Shown in pieces: positions 1 through 14,340 of a stretch of 64,000 bases of DNA (positions are counted from its first letter, which is position 1; every line of letters begins with the position of its first letter). The stretch is from Adineta vaga. Its lineage: Eukaryota > Animalia > Rotifera. Where the stretch lies: assembly GCA_021613535.1 (NCBI GenBank), contig CP075494.1, positions 2,666,001 to 2,730,000 on the forward strand, given 5' to 3'. The notes below the pieces were generated by a model that saw nothing but the letters and a program-made list of their open reading frames with translations, was not told the origin of the DNA and ran no database searches. A program made the position numbers and the translations under genes.

Positions 1-129
1 AAATAAAAAAAGCATTCACCAAAAAAATAACCAGTCTTATCCAAAATGCACTGAAAAAGAGTTCGAATCATGAAAGTCGATTCTCTATATCTGTGAATAT
101 TTTATATCACAGGCGATTAGCGGTAAAAT

Positions 130-1080
130 TTTCCCCGTAGAACTGTTAGATATTGAACTATTAAGTGGTATTATTAAGTAATTCTGTGCGATAAAAACTA
201 AAGATGTATCCAAGTAGATACATCCGACTGGAAAGAGTTAATCCTTTATTACTTCGTCGAAAATTTATTAGCGTACTTGATAAAATGCATATTCCATATA
301 TATCGTCACTTGATGAAGGTGTATGATGATGAATGTGTTTCATTAGCAAATCATTTTAATTGTTATTTAATGGCTACTGATAGTGATTATTTTTGTGATA
401 ATCTACATTGTGATTATATTCCATTTGAATCTCTTGATTTTATTCCAAAAACTAAACATGGATGTGTTTATTTAAAAACAAAAACATTAGCTTTAGCTTG
501 TTCTCTTTATGGTAATGATTATATTGAAAGAGATTTAACTATTAAAATTATTAATTATATGCGAATAATAGTGAATCAAAACAAACACAAAATCTTTGGA
601 ATGAATGAGAAATATGAATGTTGTAGATGAAGCTATTGATTATTTATTAAAAGAGACTTATTTAAATTCAACAAATGAATTATATCGATTTCGTTTATCA
701 AATAATTCTAATTCAGATCTTCATACAAATTCTATATTTATTCAACTTACTCAATCATATGTTAATACACTTCATATGGTAAAATATTATCTTTTTATTT
801 TAGAATAATAAAGAAATAAAAGATTTTATCGATGAAATTTTACAAAATATTAAAAATCAATATAATCATTCATTACCTTTATTTTTTGCTGATGCAATAA
901 TTACTCTGTAAAGCATTTATTGAAGTTAAAAAGAAACCATCAATATTTACTTATGCCATTCCGAATATTTTACCACGTTTTTCTATTTTATTTAAATATC
1001 AACAAGAACAAAATGATTTATCAATCAGTTTTTATCATCGGAAAGAAGATCAATTAGAAAAAGATGATTATTTTATAAAC
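130..1080 (+). pseudogene. Decayed asteroid/XPG-like (PIN + H3TH) nuclease gene
   Basis: Motifs DDECVSLANHFNCYLMATDSDYF and ALACSLYGNDYI resemble asteroid/XPG-family nucleases; the frame is broken by several shifts and stops. Confidence 0.55.
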
Positions 1081-1580
1081 AAGTGACGCTCATCGTATAC
1101 CGACTTACTTAACCCTCGACTGTAGAAGGAGAGTCTCTTTTTCTACGCACTCTCTCATCCTAGAAAGAAAAGAAATCGCAGCTTCAGCGTGGATGAACAT
1201 AAAACTTCCTGGACTCAATGGTACCCTCACACACACGATTAAATAGCATAGAATGATAGAGCTTTTTTCGTTCTATCATCCTATGTAAAAAGAAACTTTG
1301 ATCAAGCTTAATATGTGACACTAAAATGTCGTTGCTACTACTTTTTGGATATCCCTAAGTAAATGTAATAAATCTCAACATTAATCTTCCTTGTTGTTTT
1401 TTCTCATAAAAAAATATTTTTTGTCGTCTGTAAATATGCAAATATTTCATCATTTATTGGACTGTTAGTGTGCTGCATTGCATTAGTTTTTTTTACTTTC
1501 CTTCTTTTTTTTTTCATCACATCGTATAAAGACGCTTTACAGACCTTGACGCTGATAATAAACTTGCGCGTCATAAAAAC

Positions 1581-3144
1581 ATGTTTTTTCTACTTCTTAT
1601 TGTTCTACTAATAGTATTTTTCGTATACATTAAACTTAAATATTTTACACTGTATGGCCCAATACCAGGTAGATCACCACAGTTTCTTGTTGGTAATGTC
1701 CTTCAGACTGGTCTAAGCACTGGTAGATATATAGGAGACGTTGCAAAAGAATTTCAAGATAAATATGGTGATACTTTTCATATGTGGTTTGCACTTATAC
1801 ATGTCATTTTTGTATGTAATCCGGATGATGTTCAACATGTGTTCACACATCGGCATATTTATGAACAAGGTGATCTACATGCATCCCAACATCGAGTTGT
1901 TTTCAATGATGCATTGATGTGTAATATAGGATCCAAATATAAACGTCATGCATCTGTTGTTCTTCCTCTGTTCCGTCGTGGAAGAATCTTGAACAATTAT
2001 GATTTGATTGTTGATTGCACTGATAAACTACTCGATCAATGGCGTTCGAAAACTGGCACTGATCCTGGCTATGTTCATTTGAATGTTGTTGATCAATGTC
2101 AAAATTTATCATTGGCAATCTTTGGTTTTATTGCTTTCGATTATGATTTACAAACATTAGACGAAGTTAATATTGATAAGAAAAATAAGTTAACACAAGC
2201 TTTAAATGATTTTTTACAAATATTTCTCGAAACAACTCGTGTGCCGAATTTCTTAGCCAAGATGCTTTTGAAATTTAATTCTCGATATCAACGTGCAAAG
2301 GCAACTATTGATGAATATTTGAATAAAATAATGGAACAAGAACAGAGAAAAACACCCGAACAAATTGCTGAACAAAAACGAACTAGTTTGATTGCATCAT
2401 TGATTACTTCTTTACAGCAAGATGAGAAAGTGGAAGCAGCAAAATCCGAACAAGAGAAGAGAGGTTAATAACTTTTATAAAATTAAACGTTTTCTCAATT
2501 AATTTTCATTGTGTTCTTAAGGTTTATCTCGTGCAGAAGTGATCGATGAGTTACTTCTCTTTCTTGTAGCTGGCTCGGAAACAACAGGAAGCTCAGTTGC
2601 ATGGTTCATTTATTTTATGAGTAAACATCCTCGTATACAAGCTAAGATTAAAGAAGAAATTGGTGATAATACATATAATCGTATGACTGTCGAACAAGTT
2701 GAATCTTTGACTTATCTGGATTGTGTTCTTCAAGAAGTCTTTCGTTTTATCCCACCTGCTGCCGGTACAACTCGTACGTTAACTGTAGATGATCGATTAC
2801 CAGGAAGCGGTGTTCAGTTACATAAGGGTGATGAAGTATTCCTATCATTTTACAACTTAGCTCGAGATAAACGATGTTGGAAAATTGATCCTGATTTATT
2901 CTATCCGGAACGTTTCCAAGATGAAGATAAAGAACATCATCCTTACGCACTAATTCCTTTTGGAGCTGGCCATCGGCAATGTGTTGGGCAAGATTTAGCT
3001 CGTTTTGAGTTAAAAGTGATAGCAGCAAGATTAATGCAACATGTCACTTTTGGTGATGGTGGTGCTCAAGTCAATAGTGGTGGATATGTTCAAAAAATGA
3101 TTACTACACCCAAACATGTTGGTATTACTATTACATTTGATTAA
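1581..3144 (+). CDS. Cytochrome P450, 2 exons (intron 2464-2521)
   Basis: N-terminal TM + Pro-rich hinge, AGSETT I-helix, EVFR (ExxR), PERF, heme motif FGAGHRQCVG; a 58-nt GT-AG intron joins the two ORFs in frame (..KRG/LSRAEVIDE). Confidence 0.95.
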
Positions 3145-3458
3145 GATTAGAATATAGAGTTTTTAAGAGATGATCCATAAGAATATCGAACATTATCAAA
3201 GAGGATCATACTCAAAAGTTTTACCCCCTGTACTTTTTTTATTTTAATCGATAGTCTCTTCTTCAAGCTTCATATTGAAGCGCAGCACTTTTATTACCAA
3301 CATATGAATTCGAATAGTTTTTTTAGAGTCTTCGAATATAGCCATTTATTTCATTCTGTTATGCAAACAAGGGGGAAAAGCGGATTTTTTCGAATTAGAA
3401 TATCCAGAAAATCTTTTTTGGACTTTAGAATCTGTAAAATCCCAAATCTGGTTTTCCC

Positions 3459-3508
3459 TTAGGGTGCGGATGTGAGTGAAGAAGATATACCCACAACCAC
3501 ACCCTTAA
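3459..3508. repeat. Telomere-repeat palindrome, GAAGAAGAT-type spacer
   Basis: ttagggtgcggatgtgagtg-aagaagatat-acccacaaccacacccttaa. Confidence 0.8.
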
Positions 3509-3897
3509 TGGATCTAAAATTAAGTCAAAAGAAGATGGTGCAACACCAACATATCCAATGACATTTATCGATATTTCATTATCATTAGAAAAGAATGCTG
3601 TCGAATTCAATGGTGCTGGTACACAAACTTCGAAATGTTGATATAAATGTTTATTTACTTTCGAACATTTAATTATGCCTAAAGAAATAGATGATCAAAA
3701 GAATTGATTTTAAGAATTTTCTTCTAGTTCTTATCTGTTAAATAAAACTAAAATTCCTTCATTCTTATTCTATACGTGATTAGATTTTATCGAATAAATC
3801 AAACTAAAATCATCGTCTGTTGTTGACATTCGTTTATGATGTCTTCTAGCGAAAGTAAAACGTCTTATATCTGCTCACATTTAGGTCAGGAACTCCT

Positions 3898-3946
3898 CTT
3901 GAGGGTGGGTGTGTTCGAGAGTAACTACCTATCACCCACACCCTTC
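3898..3946. repeat. Telomere-repeat palindrome
   Basis: cttgagggtgggtgtg-ttcgagagtaactacctat-cacccacacccttc. Confidence 0.8.
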
Positions 3947-4320
3947 GTATCAATACTATTTTATTTTGATAGATATGTGTGTTGGCGCTTCAAATTAAAT
4001 CGACAATTAAGTTCGCACAGGCTATGAAAGTGAATTTTGTATACTATGCACGGATTCTGATGATTAATATTTAGTGCATGTGACAAAAAACAAAAGGGTA
4101 GATGAGACTGTCAGTTAAAAATAAATATACTCCTCCACACTCGTTTCACTCTTTCGAAAGAACATTCGAATTGAAAGTTTCATGAATAACTGAGTCATAT
4201 GAGAAGATCATATTTCAATGGATAAAACCAATTTCTGTTGTCAATATGATGAAATCTTTGTCTTGAATTTCATATTCTATATAAATTAAAGGATATACAG
4301 GTAAAAATCATTTGTTGATT

Positions 4321-6364
4321 ATGATCGATAGAAAAAAAAGATCATATGATGTGATTCTATCATTATTTGAAGAAACAGATGAACATCTTCTTGCATTAGA
4401 AATTCTTCTCTTGAAATTATGTTCAAATGAAGAGGAATCAAATTTATGTTTCAATCATTTATACAAATACGAAAATCATCCACGATGTACAATACTAATA
4501 ATTGCTATACTACAAAAGCGAGTGGGTTTAGTCAAAATGTTATTAAAAAAATTTCGAAAATCAATTGATTTAGAATTCCGAGGTTCGATTAAATATGGAA
4601 CTCACTTTAGATGTAATGTAAGTGCATTATCGGTGGCTGTATTTATTGACAATTTAAATCTAATTAGATTATTAATCGAAAATGGAGCTGATGTTCATAC
4701 AATGGATAATTATCGTGCAACACCATTACATTTAGCAACTGATCTTTGTAGATTTGATATTGTTAAATATTTCATTGAAGTACATGCTGATGTTCATAGA
4801 GTCAATATTAAAAACGAGATATGTTTAAATATCGCAGGATTTCATGGTCATTTACAACTCATTGAATATTTATTAGAACAACCTGCTGCAAATATTAATC
4901 ATCAAAATAGTAACGCTGACACACCTTTACATCTCGCTATATATAATAATCATATTGATGCTGTTAAACTTCTTTTATCATATAATAAAGTTCGAATTGA
5001 TATTCCAAATGATCAAAGTATGACTCCGTTAGAGATTGCTGCTGTTGATTTGAAGGAACAAATTGTTAATTATATATTAAATATTGAGAATTTAATTCAA
5101 ATTCAAGAAAAAATTCAAATATTAGAATTATTAGGTGCATCATTTTTATGTAGGTGCGAGGAAATTTTTGAATATGATAAAGCTTATGAATATTTAATGC
5201 GAGCGATGAGATTAAGAATATCAAATGGAGTTATCAAAATACCAAATCAACTAGGTTCAGCTTATAAAAATCATGTCGAATGTATTTCAATTGATGAACT
5301 TGAATCAATTCGTTATAAATATGATGATCTTCGTCTTGAAACATTAGTTATTTATGATCGTCTTTTATTATCAAAACATGGTTTAGAACTACTTCATTGT
5401 ATTCGAATTCAAGCTTCGGAATGTTTTGAAAATTCTGAACTTGATCGTTGTATTGATCTATGCTTCCGTGGATTAGAACTATCAATTATCAATAATGATA
5501 TCAATGTAAATATCCGAAATATTGATGACAGAATGTTCAATATTTCTTTATTTATGAAAAAAATCGGTGAAATCTATTTGAAAATGTTCTCATTAGAATG
5601 TTTTAACAATTCAACAAGAAACTTTCTCGAAATCTTTCATATGGCAATTCATCAATTTCGATGTATATATCAAAAGGTCATTGGATCACAATATTCAGAT
5701 GCAGCTTTTGCAACTTCAGAATATTCTTTTATATATAGCGTTTTAGCTTTACTTTATGTTGCTACAGAAGTAAGATTATAACAGGAAATTTATCATTATA
5801 ATCTCAATTTTGTTTTTCTTTCCTAGATTGATTTTACACATGATGAACAACAAAGATTCTATGAATTAATTCAATGGATAAATCAATTCTGTATACATAC
5901 GTATTATTTTTCTCCAACACTCTTGCATTTCTGTTGTATCAAAGTCGTATGTATAACATAACTAATTAAATAAACTTCTATTTTTTCTTTATCTTTATAG
6001 TTCGTTTTGTCCTGAAATTATTCAATTATTAATTGATTGTGATTTCGATGTTAATGCAGTTGATAGCAGAGGAGATACAGCCTTACATATTCTTTTTCAA
6101 GGGACTTCCAATTCAAATTTCTCAATTGCAGAAACTATTTTCAACCTATTTTTGAATACAAATCGATTGCATCCAGATTATATCAATAAAAATGGACAAA
6201 CTGCATTGAATGAAGCAAAAAATCCTCAGTTGATACGATTATATAAACGAAAAGTTCTTTTGAGTTTAAAATGTCAATGTGCAACACATCTCAATCAAAT
6301 GAAGATCAATTATGAAAACTATTTATCGCAAAATTTAATCAATTTTGTTGAAAAACATAAATAA
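4321..6364 (+). CDS. FEM1-like ankyrin-repeat protein (Cullin2 substrate-receptor type), 3 exons
   Basis: About 6 ankyrin repeats, LELLGASF helical region, C-terminal ankyrin and SLKCQCA box. Introns 5770-5826 and ~5947-6000; the phase of the last junction does not resolve cleanly (possible 1-bp shift). Confidence 0.8.
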
Positions 6365-6870
6365 TCAACTTGATATGATAATCTATTTCATTTAATGAAT
6401 TTTTTTCAAATATATTTTGATTACATTGTAAAATTCAACAAAACATTATTTTGTTTGAAAAATTTTAAGGATATTACTGGAAGATGAAGTCTTTCATAAA
6501 AAAATATATACGGTTTGATTTATTTTTTTTTAAACATTCATAAGACGAAACATATTTTAAAATGTTTGGTTGTTAGTTAAATCATGTATATTCCATATGT
6601 GGGTATCGATCTACGATAGGTGCAGATTAGGTATTATGTGAGGTTTTGAATAGTAATATGTCAGGATATCTTTCCTATTCACATACTCACATACATGCAT
6701 TACCTTCACTTACTATCATGCGTATCCATTTTTATTCAGCGACACATTCACCATTATTGTCACACTTCATATCGACACAAATCGGTGCCTATACTACCAT
6801 TCAAATAAAATCTGGTCAAATCCAGTTAAAACCTAGATTTGGATTTGGTGCACGCCTAGTGTTGAAGAGC

Positions 6871-7206
6871 TCATGCAAGTCTTTTTTCATATTGCCACTT
6901 GTTACCAATAGTTTGGAACTTGGTTTGACTAATTTTTATACCTTTCTTTGATAATTTAAATGCAATTTGATTTACAGATTCGGTTGGATATTGAGCTACA
7001 ACCGATTGAATTATAGCATCTTGTTTCTGCGTTGTAGACTGTTTACGACCAGATTTTTGTTCAACTTCGACATTACCAGTTGTTTCATATCTTTCGAGCC
7101 AATTTCGCACAGTTGACTCACCGATTCTTAAATATCGTGAAGTATCAGCATTTGACATGTGTGGGCCACGCTCGTGTCTTGACAAGAAGGCAATATCCCA
7201 TATTTT
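6871..7206 (-). mobile_element. Tc1/mariner transposase N-terminal (HTH) remnant
   Basis: SRYLRIGESTVRNWLERYETTGNV..KSGRKQSTTQKQD is typical of the Tc1 paired HTH and GRPR-like linker; no DDE domain follows. Confidence 0.75.
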
Positions 7207-7224
7207 CTTGAGGGTGTGGGTGTG
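7207..7224 (+). repeat. Single arm of telomere-repeat palindrome
   Basis: cttgagggtgtgggtgtg abutting the 5' end of the Tc1 remnant. Confidence 0.75.
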
Positions 7225-8137
7225 TAGACGGGTCATCTCCAGTCGGATGCGAGCCATCTCTGAGGAGATGAATTATATCTCTTGGAAGATGCATCTCTAA
7301 AGGCATCTCGAGCATCCCCGATCTGCAGGATATGTGACACTACTCATTTAAGTATGCAAAAGAAAAAGGGAAAAAAATCGTGACTTCTATCTTGCGAAAA
7401 TATCCATCAGAATAATTATATAATTTCACTCGATAAATGATAAACAAGATAAATTACACGTGGAGAAAAAAAAAGTCTGTTTACATCACAAAAACGTATT
7501 GCATAAACATATTGAAATTCCTATTGGCTTTTTTTCTACGTATTGTGCAGTATATGTTAAGAAAACAGAAAATAAACGAAAGATAAAATAATTAATGTAA
7601 ATTTTATAGACGACTTAAACGTTCTTAAAAATCTCAGATGGAAGTTTTCACTCGATTATTTTATCACTGAATAGATAATGGTGAAAATGAATAACAAAAA
7701 GAAGGTCATAAGGAGTGATGGTATTATTAAGTTTCAATAGTTAAAGTTTTTTCGATTATTGATAAACCATCACTTTCGGACCTCCGTATATAATTCGAAT
7801 AGAATAATATATTAAATTGAAAGTGAATTGATATGGTGCAATAGCTAAGTGTCAGAACGACGAAAGGAGAAAAGAAAAAAAATGATTAACAGAAGCATTT
7901 TACCAGTATGAGTATGTAAAACTCAAACTTTGACAATAATTGTAAGATAAAGACTCGAATGTGATTGTACGATTCACAAAACAATAATAAATGACGAATC
8001 GATGAATAAACTTTATTTATATTCTATAACCATTTATCAATCTTATGAAACTTTTCAAAATCTTTTTTATTTATCTCCTGATTACTAAAATATTCATCAT
8101 TAACAATTCATTCTATTAATAAACTTTGCAATGAAAC

Positions 8138-8200
8138 CATCTTGAAGGGTGTGGGTGTGGGTGTGGAAAGAAGAGATTCACATCCACACCCACACCCATC
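8138..8200. repeat. Telomere-repeat palindrome, GAAGAGAT spacer
   Basis: catcttgaagggtgtgggtgtgggtgtgga-aagaagagat-tcacatccacacccacacccatc. Confidence 0.9.
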
Positions 8201-8664
8201 TATCGATAGAAGGAAATAAAAGGCAATGCCAGAGTATATCAAAATGCACTGAAGTATGGAGAAACAGCATGCGTACAGCGCATGTGAGCAAGAGCGTCAC
8301 AATCTGATGTTATTTCAATCATTGGAACTAATTTTTCTGTTTTATTACGCATCAATTTTCTATTCCTTATAATTTTTGATAAAACTTCTTGTACAACTCC
8401 AATGATGTTAGTTGCAAACATTTCATTGAGTATTATTGTCTTTGGATCTGTTATACTAAGGGTACGAGTGAGCGTATTATCTTTCGTTGGAATATTGGCA
8501 CATTGACCATCAAGATTATAGTTTTTGATGGAAATGTCAAAAAAGAAAATCTTTCTTAAGGACTTCAATGACAAAGATGAATTTGACATAATGAAAGAAA
8601 AGTGCATATTTTTTATTAACGATATAATTGAGAAAATACTCATTAGTTTTAAAAAAAGATGAAA

Positions 8665-9570
8665 TTATGTGATTGTTCCAACTCGACTATTAATTCGTCG
8701 TTGAAGCAAATCTCGTGTACTTTTGATTGCATTAGGAAATACACATAAACAAACAATAGGTAAGAGAAGTGGAACAAAATAAAGTAAAAAATAAATTGTT
8801 GATAAATGTTCATACATAAATCCTGGATATCCAGTAAATCTAACGAAACCTATTAATGTTAACGGTAACCACCCAATCATATAAAGAGATGAAACAAACC
8901 ATAATTGAAAGGCCATTCGACGATGACGACGCCAGGTTACAGCTTGATGACGAGCTAATTTTTCATAGATAACTCGACTAATAAGAGTTATATTTGTAGT
9001 TACAATAATAATAATTGGAATCATGATATTCAAAACTAGATGAAGCACACCAAGAATACCTCCATGAACTGTTTGAAAACATGGATTATCACAAATAACT
9101 TGATTAAAATCCCATACACTAACACAATCTGGACTAATAACTATGACAGCAAAATACCATGAACCTGGCCATAGCATACAAAGCAGAATTGGAATAAAAT
9201 GAAGGATCCATTTTTTCCACCATGTGCCAACTAAAAATCTCGGATAAAATACAAAAAAGTATCGTTCAACTGATGCCCATGCCATTAGAATAACACAACC
9301 TGTATTCGACGAATATTCATACCAATTCCACCAAACACAATAAGTATTTGTTGCTGGCCATATTCTTTCAAAATAATAAAAACTAATTGGCATTGGTATA
9401 AGAACTAATAATTGAATAAAATTAAATACAAGAAGAACAATCCATATATGATTTTTAGGTTTTAAACTAACGATTTGATTTGTTAGAAAATAAAAAAACA
9501 ATAAAATCGATATGATAATAGCTGGAATTTCAAATACTAATAACAATAGAAATTTGATAATGTTTGTCAT
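8665..9570 (-). CDS. Class A (rhodopsin-like) GPCR, intronless
   Basis: 7 hydrophobic segments, Cys at top of TM3, WASVERY (DRY equivalent), GWLP in TM6. Confidence 0.88.
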   Translation of the reverse strand: MTNIIKFLLLLVFEIPAIIISILLFFYFLTNQIVSLKPKNHIWIVLLVFNFIQLLVLIPMPISFYYFERIWPATNTYCVWWNWYEYSSNTGCVILMAWASVERYFFVFYPRFLVGTWWKKWILHFIPILLCMLWPGSWYFAVIVISPDCVSVWDFNQVICDNPCFQTVHGGILGVLHLVLNIMIPIIIIVTTNITLISRVIYEKLARHQAVTWRRHRRMAFQLWFVSSLYMIGWLPLTLIGFVRFTGYPGFMYEHLSTIYFLLYFVPLLLPIVCLCVFPNAIKSTRDLLQRRINSRVGTIT

Positions 9571-9915
9571 TGGTTTTGTTAATCTTTCGATACAAAATGA
9601 ATAGTTCCTTGAAAATGTCTCAGTAGATTTTAAAATGACGTTGCCAAAGGTTTTTATAAGATAAAAACTAGATTATAGAATAAGATGATTATAATAATAA
9701 AAATTTTTTTATAATGAATTATCTAGGACATGTCAAAATGAAAATGACATTTACATCATAAAGTAGACCTCAAGAAATTTTCTATCTTGACCCTTAGATA
9801 AAAGAAATATAATTAACGAGAAATTATTGTTCAACATGTTTCATCCATTTTTTCTTCTTATTTGATATGATCATTGTGACAGTTTTTTTTAATTAATGTT
9901 GAGAAAACTCAGTTT

Positions 9916-12900
9916 CATTGACGTAGCTAGGGGGTGGCCATTGGGCAATTGCCCAATAGCTCAAAATTTATTGCTCAATAAATATATAAAAACGTTTTCT
10001 TTGCTCTTTACTTTTTATTCCCTTGACTGAAGGGAGGGTGATACGAAAAAAACTAAAATGGTTAGTGTGCTTGTGGTAGGTCAGAAAAACATTTTTTCAA
10101 AATCATCTAAAACATTCAAAAATGATAATAGGATGGGTCTAGGTCGAGTGAGGAGGGGAGGAGCGTATCAGAGGGAGGTCAAAGGTAAAAAAAACAGTTT
10201 TTCGAAGTCGCCTTAAAAGTCGGAAAAACTCGATCTTTGATGAGTTCTGAGGCCAAACGAACAGATTCCCTTGGCTGAAGGGACGGTAATACCAAAGAAC
10301 TGAAAAAGTATATTTATTAGTTTATAGCAGGTCAACGGTCAGATGTTCTTACTTTTGAGAATGTGGTGAGGGGAGATATCGTCGATCAGCAGTAAATAAC
10401 GTTCAGTTGAATCATCAGCTATGCTCTTATGTACTTCTGTGTGATCTGTTAACCAGTCTTTTTCAACTAGATCCTATTACCGGGCATGCATTTTTACCGG
10501 AGGATTTACAATAATGAGATAACTGTGAATAAATGGACTCATAAATAGAATGAAACGATTGCACCCGGAAGTCGCTTACTGTTCAAAATGTCACCTCGCA
10601 TATTTTTGCTGTACTCGAATGATTTTTTTAGCTGCACTGACGTCAGATGATGTTTAGGAATGTTTGTGGTGTTATAAATACAGCCGCTGTGGTGGAGCTT
10701 AGTATGGTATGGATTTATGGATGTAGTCATTTTAGAAAGCAACTGAGTGTTTGACATCTACAAGTGAATTTGACGGGATTACTATTAATAGTTTCATAAA
10801 ATTCTCAATTCAAGTTGGTTCGTATGTTTGTTTCTCTATGAATCAATTTTTTTCGGCAGCGGATGATGATTCATCAGTTAGATTAGAAATATGTTGTTTG
10901 AATAAACTCTTCATATCATTGTATGTATAAATTTGCGTGACTAAAAACTCGTCATCTTAATGTTGGTTGGTTGACTTGTTAGATTCATCAAAAAAGCTAT
11001 GTTCGAAAGGTTACGTCTGAAGTAGTTTCTAGCTGGACTCGTCTAGTTTGAATTTGTTAAAAAGTGAATTTGGAAAAAAGACAAGAAAATTAAAGTGCAA
11101 CTAACAATTAAGAATATGTTTTATACGTGTTATCAAATGAGACCAAAACAATTTCATCGATTTTGAATTATTTATTTTGTCTTCGATGATTTTGTTGATT
11201 CTTTCTCTTTCTTAATCGGGTATATGAATTATCGAATGATTGGATAGAATTATCATAGTGATCAATATTGAGAAAATGGCTTTATTCGTCATTTTCAATT
11301 TAAAGTATTCCCTTTTCTGAAAGATAGGGTTATAGGCTCGCTAAAGAGCCTGTTAAAATCGTTCAGGTTTGTTTGATTGTCCAAGCCAATCAAGTGAAAG
11401 CAGCTTATAAACCGATGAAAACTTACTCCAAGTCATCAGACAATGATTAATCATAGGTAATAGAGGTCGAGAATCTCAAATCTTATGTTAGTTTTTCAAG
11501 ATACCATTTAATTAATTAGCTAATTACCGAATCATCAACTATGAAACTGCCAAGTAAGGGTTGTCCGAAAGGTTTTTGAGGTCGAGGATCTCGAATCTTA
11601 TGTAAGTTTTTGATGAATTGTTTATCTGAGACCTTTTGATCTTTCCCTTCGAGAAAACTCGATATTTCACGAGTTTTCTTGAAATTTCATTAAAAACTAT
11701 CGATAGTAATGAATTTGAACCTGATGTCAGTTCTATCCGATCGATTCTACCATAATCTTTTGCCTTTCTCTGCTAGATGGATATTTCAGTGTATATTTCT
11801 TTTTCAAATGATGAGAGAAACTAATAAATGGGCTGATATTAGTGGGCTATATGTGCCATTGGAATCATTTTCAATTTTTCAGCATAGGATCTAGTAAGAA
11901 ATTGATAAAAAAAACTGCAGTTCAAGTAAGTAGTAGAATAGGTACGATACTTATGTCAGCTTTCTTTAAGCATCTTTGCGTCGTAGACTACTATACGTCA
12001 CATCATTTGATAGAGTTTCTACAATAAATATGTGTATAAAAACCAGATGAATGTTTGTGGTTATTTTGTTGGGTCTAGATGTGCGCCAAAATGGAAATAA
12101 CGCTTCAAACATGGAAAAAACCATTATAGTCAAATATTCTCTAATTTTAGCGATTCATAAAATAGTATCTGGCCTTTCTAATTTCTTACCGAGAATCATA
12201 GTAATACAAAGTATCTGCCTTTTTAAGAAGAGAGCAAAAGGAATTTACTTATTCGTTTGGAAATAAATCAAAAGTATAAGAAACAATAAAGATGTCTATG
12301 TTAACGGCTAGCCGTGAGTGGCCGACGAACGACTAGACGTTGATTTAGAGTGATACTTCAGAACATTGATTTGAATTACTTTCACGTGATTTGGATGTTT
12401 CTTGGGAGGCGCTTACTTGATGATTTACGAGAATAAATGCGACAAATTTTTTGTTTTCGGAAATAGAAAAGAAGAATGAAACGTATACTGGAAATGACGC
12501 GTTCATGCAAACTTTTTAAGTGTTCGGTTACGATATAGTCTAGCATGATGAACGAATCTTTCCGATCACACTCATGTGATAGAAGGGAAAGTAGAAAGAA
12601 GACCATGTGCATTGGTGAATAGTCGCGAATGGCCGACCGGAGAGAGACCGACGAGCAGTTAGACGGTTTTTTAAGAGTTGTATAGGAAGGAAAATGAATA
12701 CAGGTGATCCATTTTTGAGAAGTATCAAGCGATCAATTCCCTGAATGTTTACGAACAGTACTTGTTTCTCCTTTTCTCTTTCAATCAATGATTTTATGAT
12801 ACTTTGAAGGAATGAAAGGATGAAAACCACTTTTAAAAGACTTTTATTATAAAGTTTCGTTAGATCCGGATCGGGTCAGGTCCATGTTCCGCTTTATAGT

Positions 12901-13018
12901 TTAGTGAGCACTCTTATCAATCTTTCAGAATAGCGATAGTGAATCCAAAGAATGAGCGTTACTTGTTTTATTATATTGTAGGAGAATATTATTTATTTTA
13001 ACATAAGCTACGTAGCTG
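9916..13018. mobile_element. Probable degenerate DNA transposon (hAT-like) region
   Basis: Imperfect inverted ends cattgacgtagcta / taagctacgtagctg; internal short direct repeats (10021 vs 10269; 11463 vs 11578); no intact ORF or clear TSD. Confidence 0.3.
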
Positions 13019-14340
13019 GTGTCACTTTCATTTTTTCTCGTCATACATTAATTGAAGATAATGTTCGTAATGAGCATGGCGAGAAAAATTATTGCCTATG
13101 GACTCTTTCAGATATGTATCTATTCGCTTGTATACAAGGTTTTCAATACGATGAAAGGAAGTACGTCCATGCATCAGTAACGAAGAGGTAAAAACGTGTA
13201 CTTATCTCAATTCAAACATATTTTTTGTGTTTGTTTATATTGCCGACAAGTGTATTCATTTATTTTCTTCGATTACGACGGTGTTTATATATCATTAACG
13301 GTAACTACCTACTACACAGATTGGATTCGGTCTGTACTATTAAGATAATTTCTGTTTCTTGTCAGAGATTTATATACTTCAGAAAATACTGTTCTCTTTT
13401 AACCTGTTTTTAAAATGTATAAGATGTTCTTATGTTTCAGCAATCCACAAGATAGTTAAAAAAACACTTTAATTTCGTTCCAATTTTCAGTGTATATTCG
13501 TTTGTGATTCGAAAAAAAATTATTAAATTCATATTTTGAATTATTTTGGAATTCATTTTCAACAGAAACCCATTTTTACGAATAATTTTTCACACTATAG
13601 AACTCGCTAATAACTAGCACTTTTCATTTTCTAAATGTAAAATATTCGAGACTACCAACTAATCCATCGAAGAAAATAAACGCTATTTTATAGGTAATGC
13701 CCCTTGAACATATATTTTGCAAACAATATTTGACCATTAAAGAAACTTTCGACTCTAAATTCTAATGCGTCAGAAAGACAGTCTATAAGCTTCTTAATTA
13801 GTTTCAGCTTGGTCCTTCTAAGTGTGTACATCGAAAAACATTCTTTCACAAACGAACATATCTTGTAGTTTCAACAAAGTGATAAACTTCGTGAAAACTC
13901 GAGCCAAATCTAGTCGAGTGCATTGATTATTATAGACTTGTTTATTTACGGCTAATACTTACGTCGAAGCCGATTACATCGCCTATCTGATAGGTTGATT
14001 TTATGTTTGCGAACCTTTTCCACCGAAATTAAGTGCTTTTATGTCCAAAATTGCTCAACTTATTAGAAAGTACTCATAACAGCTCGATAGAGAAATGTTT
14101 CAAGCTAAAAGGATTCAGGCAAAAAAACTAGATTTTTTAGATACATTTTCGACAAGGTATCTTTCGACTGTTTTTTAAACTTCTCGCTCTGAGTGGACTG
14201 AGATCACTCGATCCGTATGAGAATATTCCAGTGGGGGACGGCAAGGACCATGCTTCTTCATTTACCGAAAGTCAAAAGTGAATAATTGTCAAATTACTTA
14301 TTTCTACTATAGTGGTGCAAATAAGACAAATAGAAGCAAC

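Noticed and set aside
8147-8166. G-quadruplex function of the arms
   Set aside because: Most arms have only two or three GGG runs; hairpin or cruciform pairing explains the structure better.
8239-8643. 134-aa ORF downstream of GPCR
   Set aside because: No recognisable motif or splice structure; cannot support a call.
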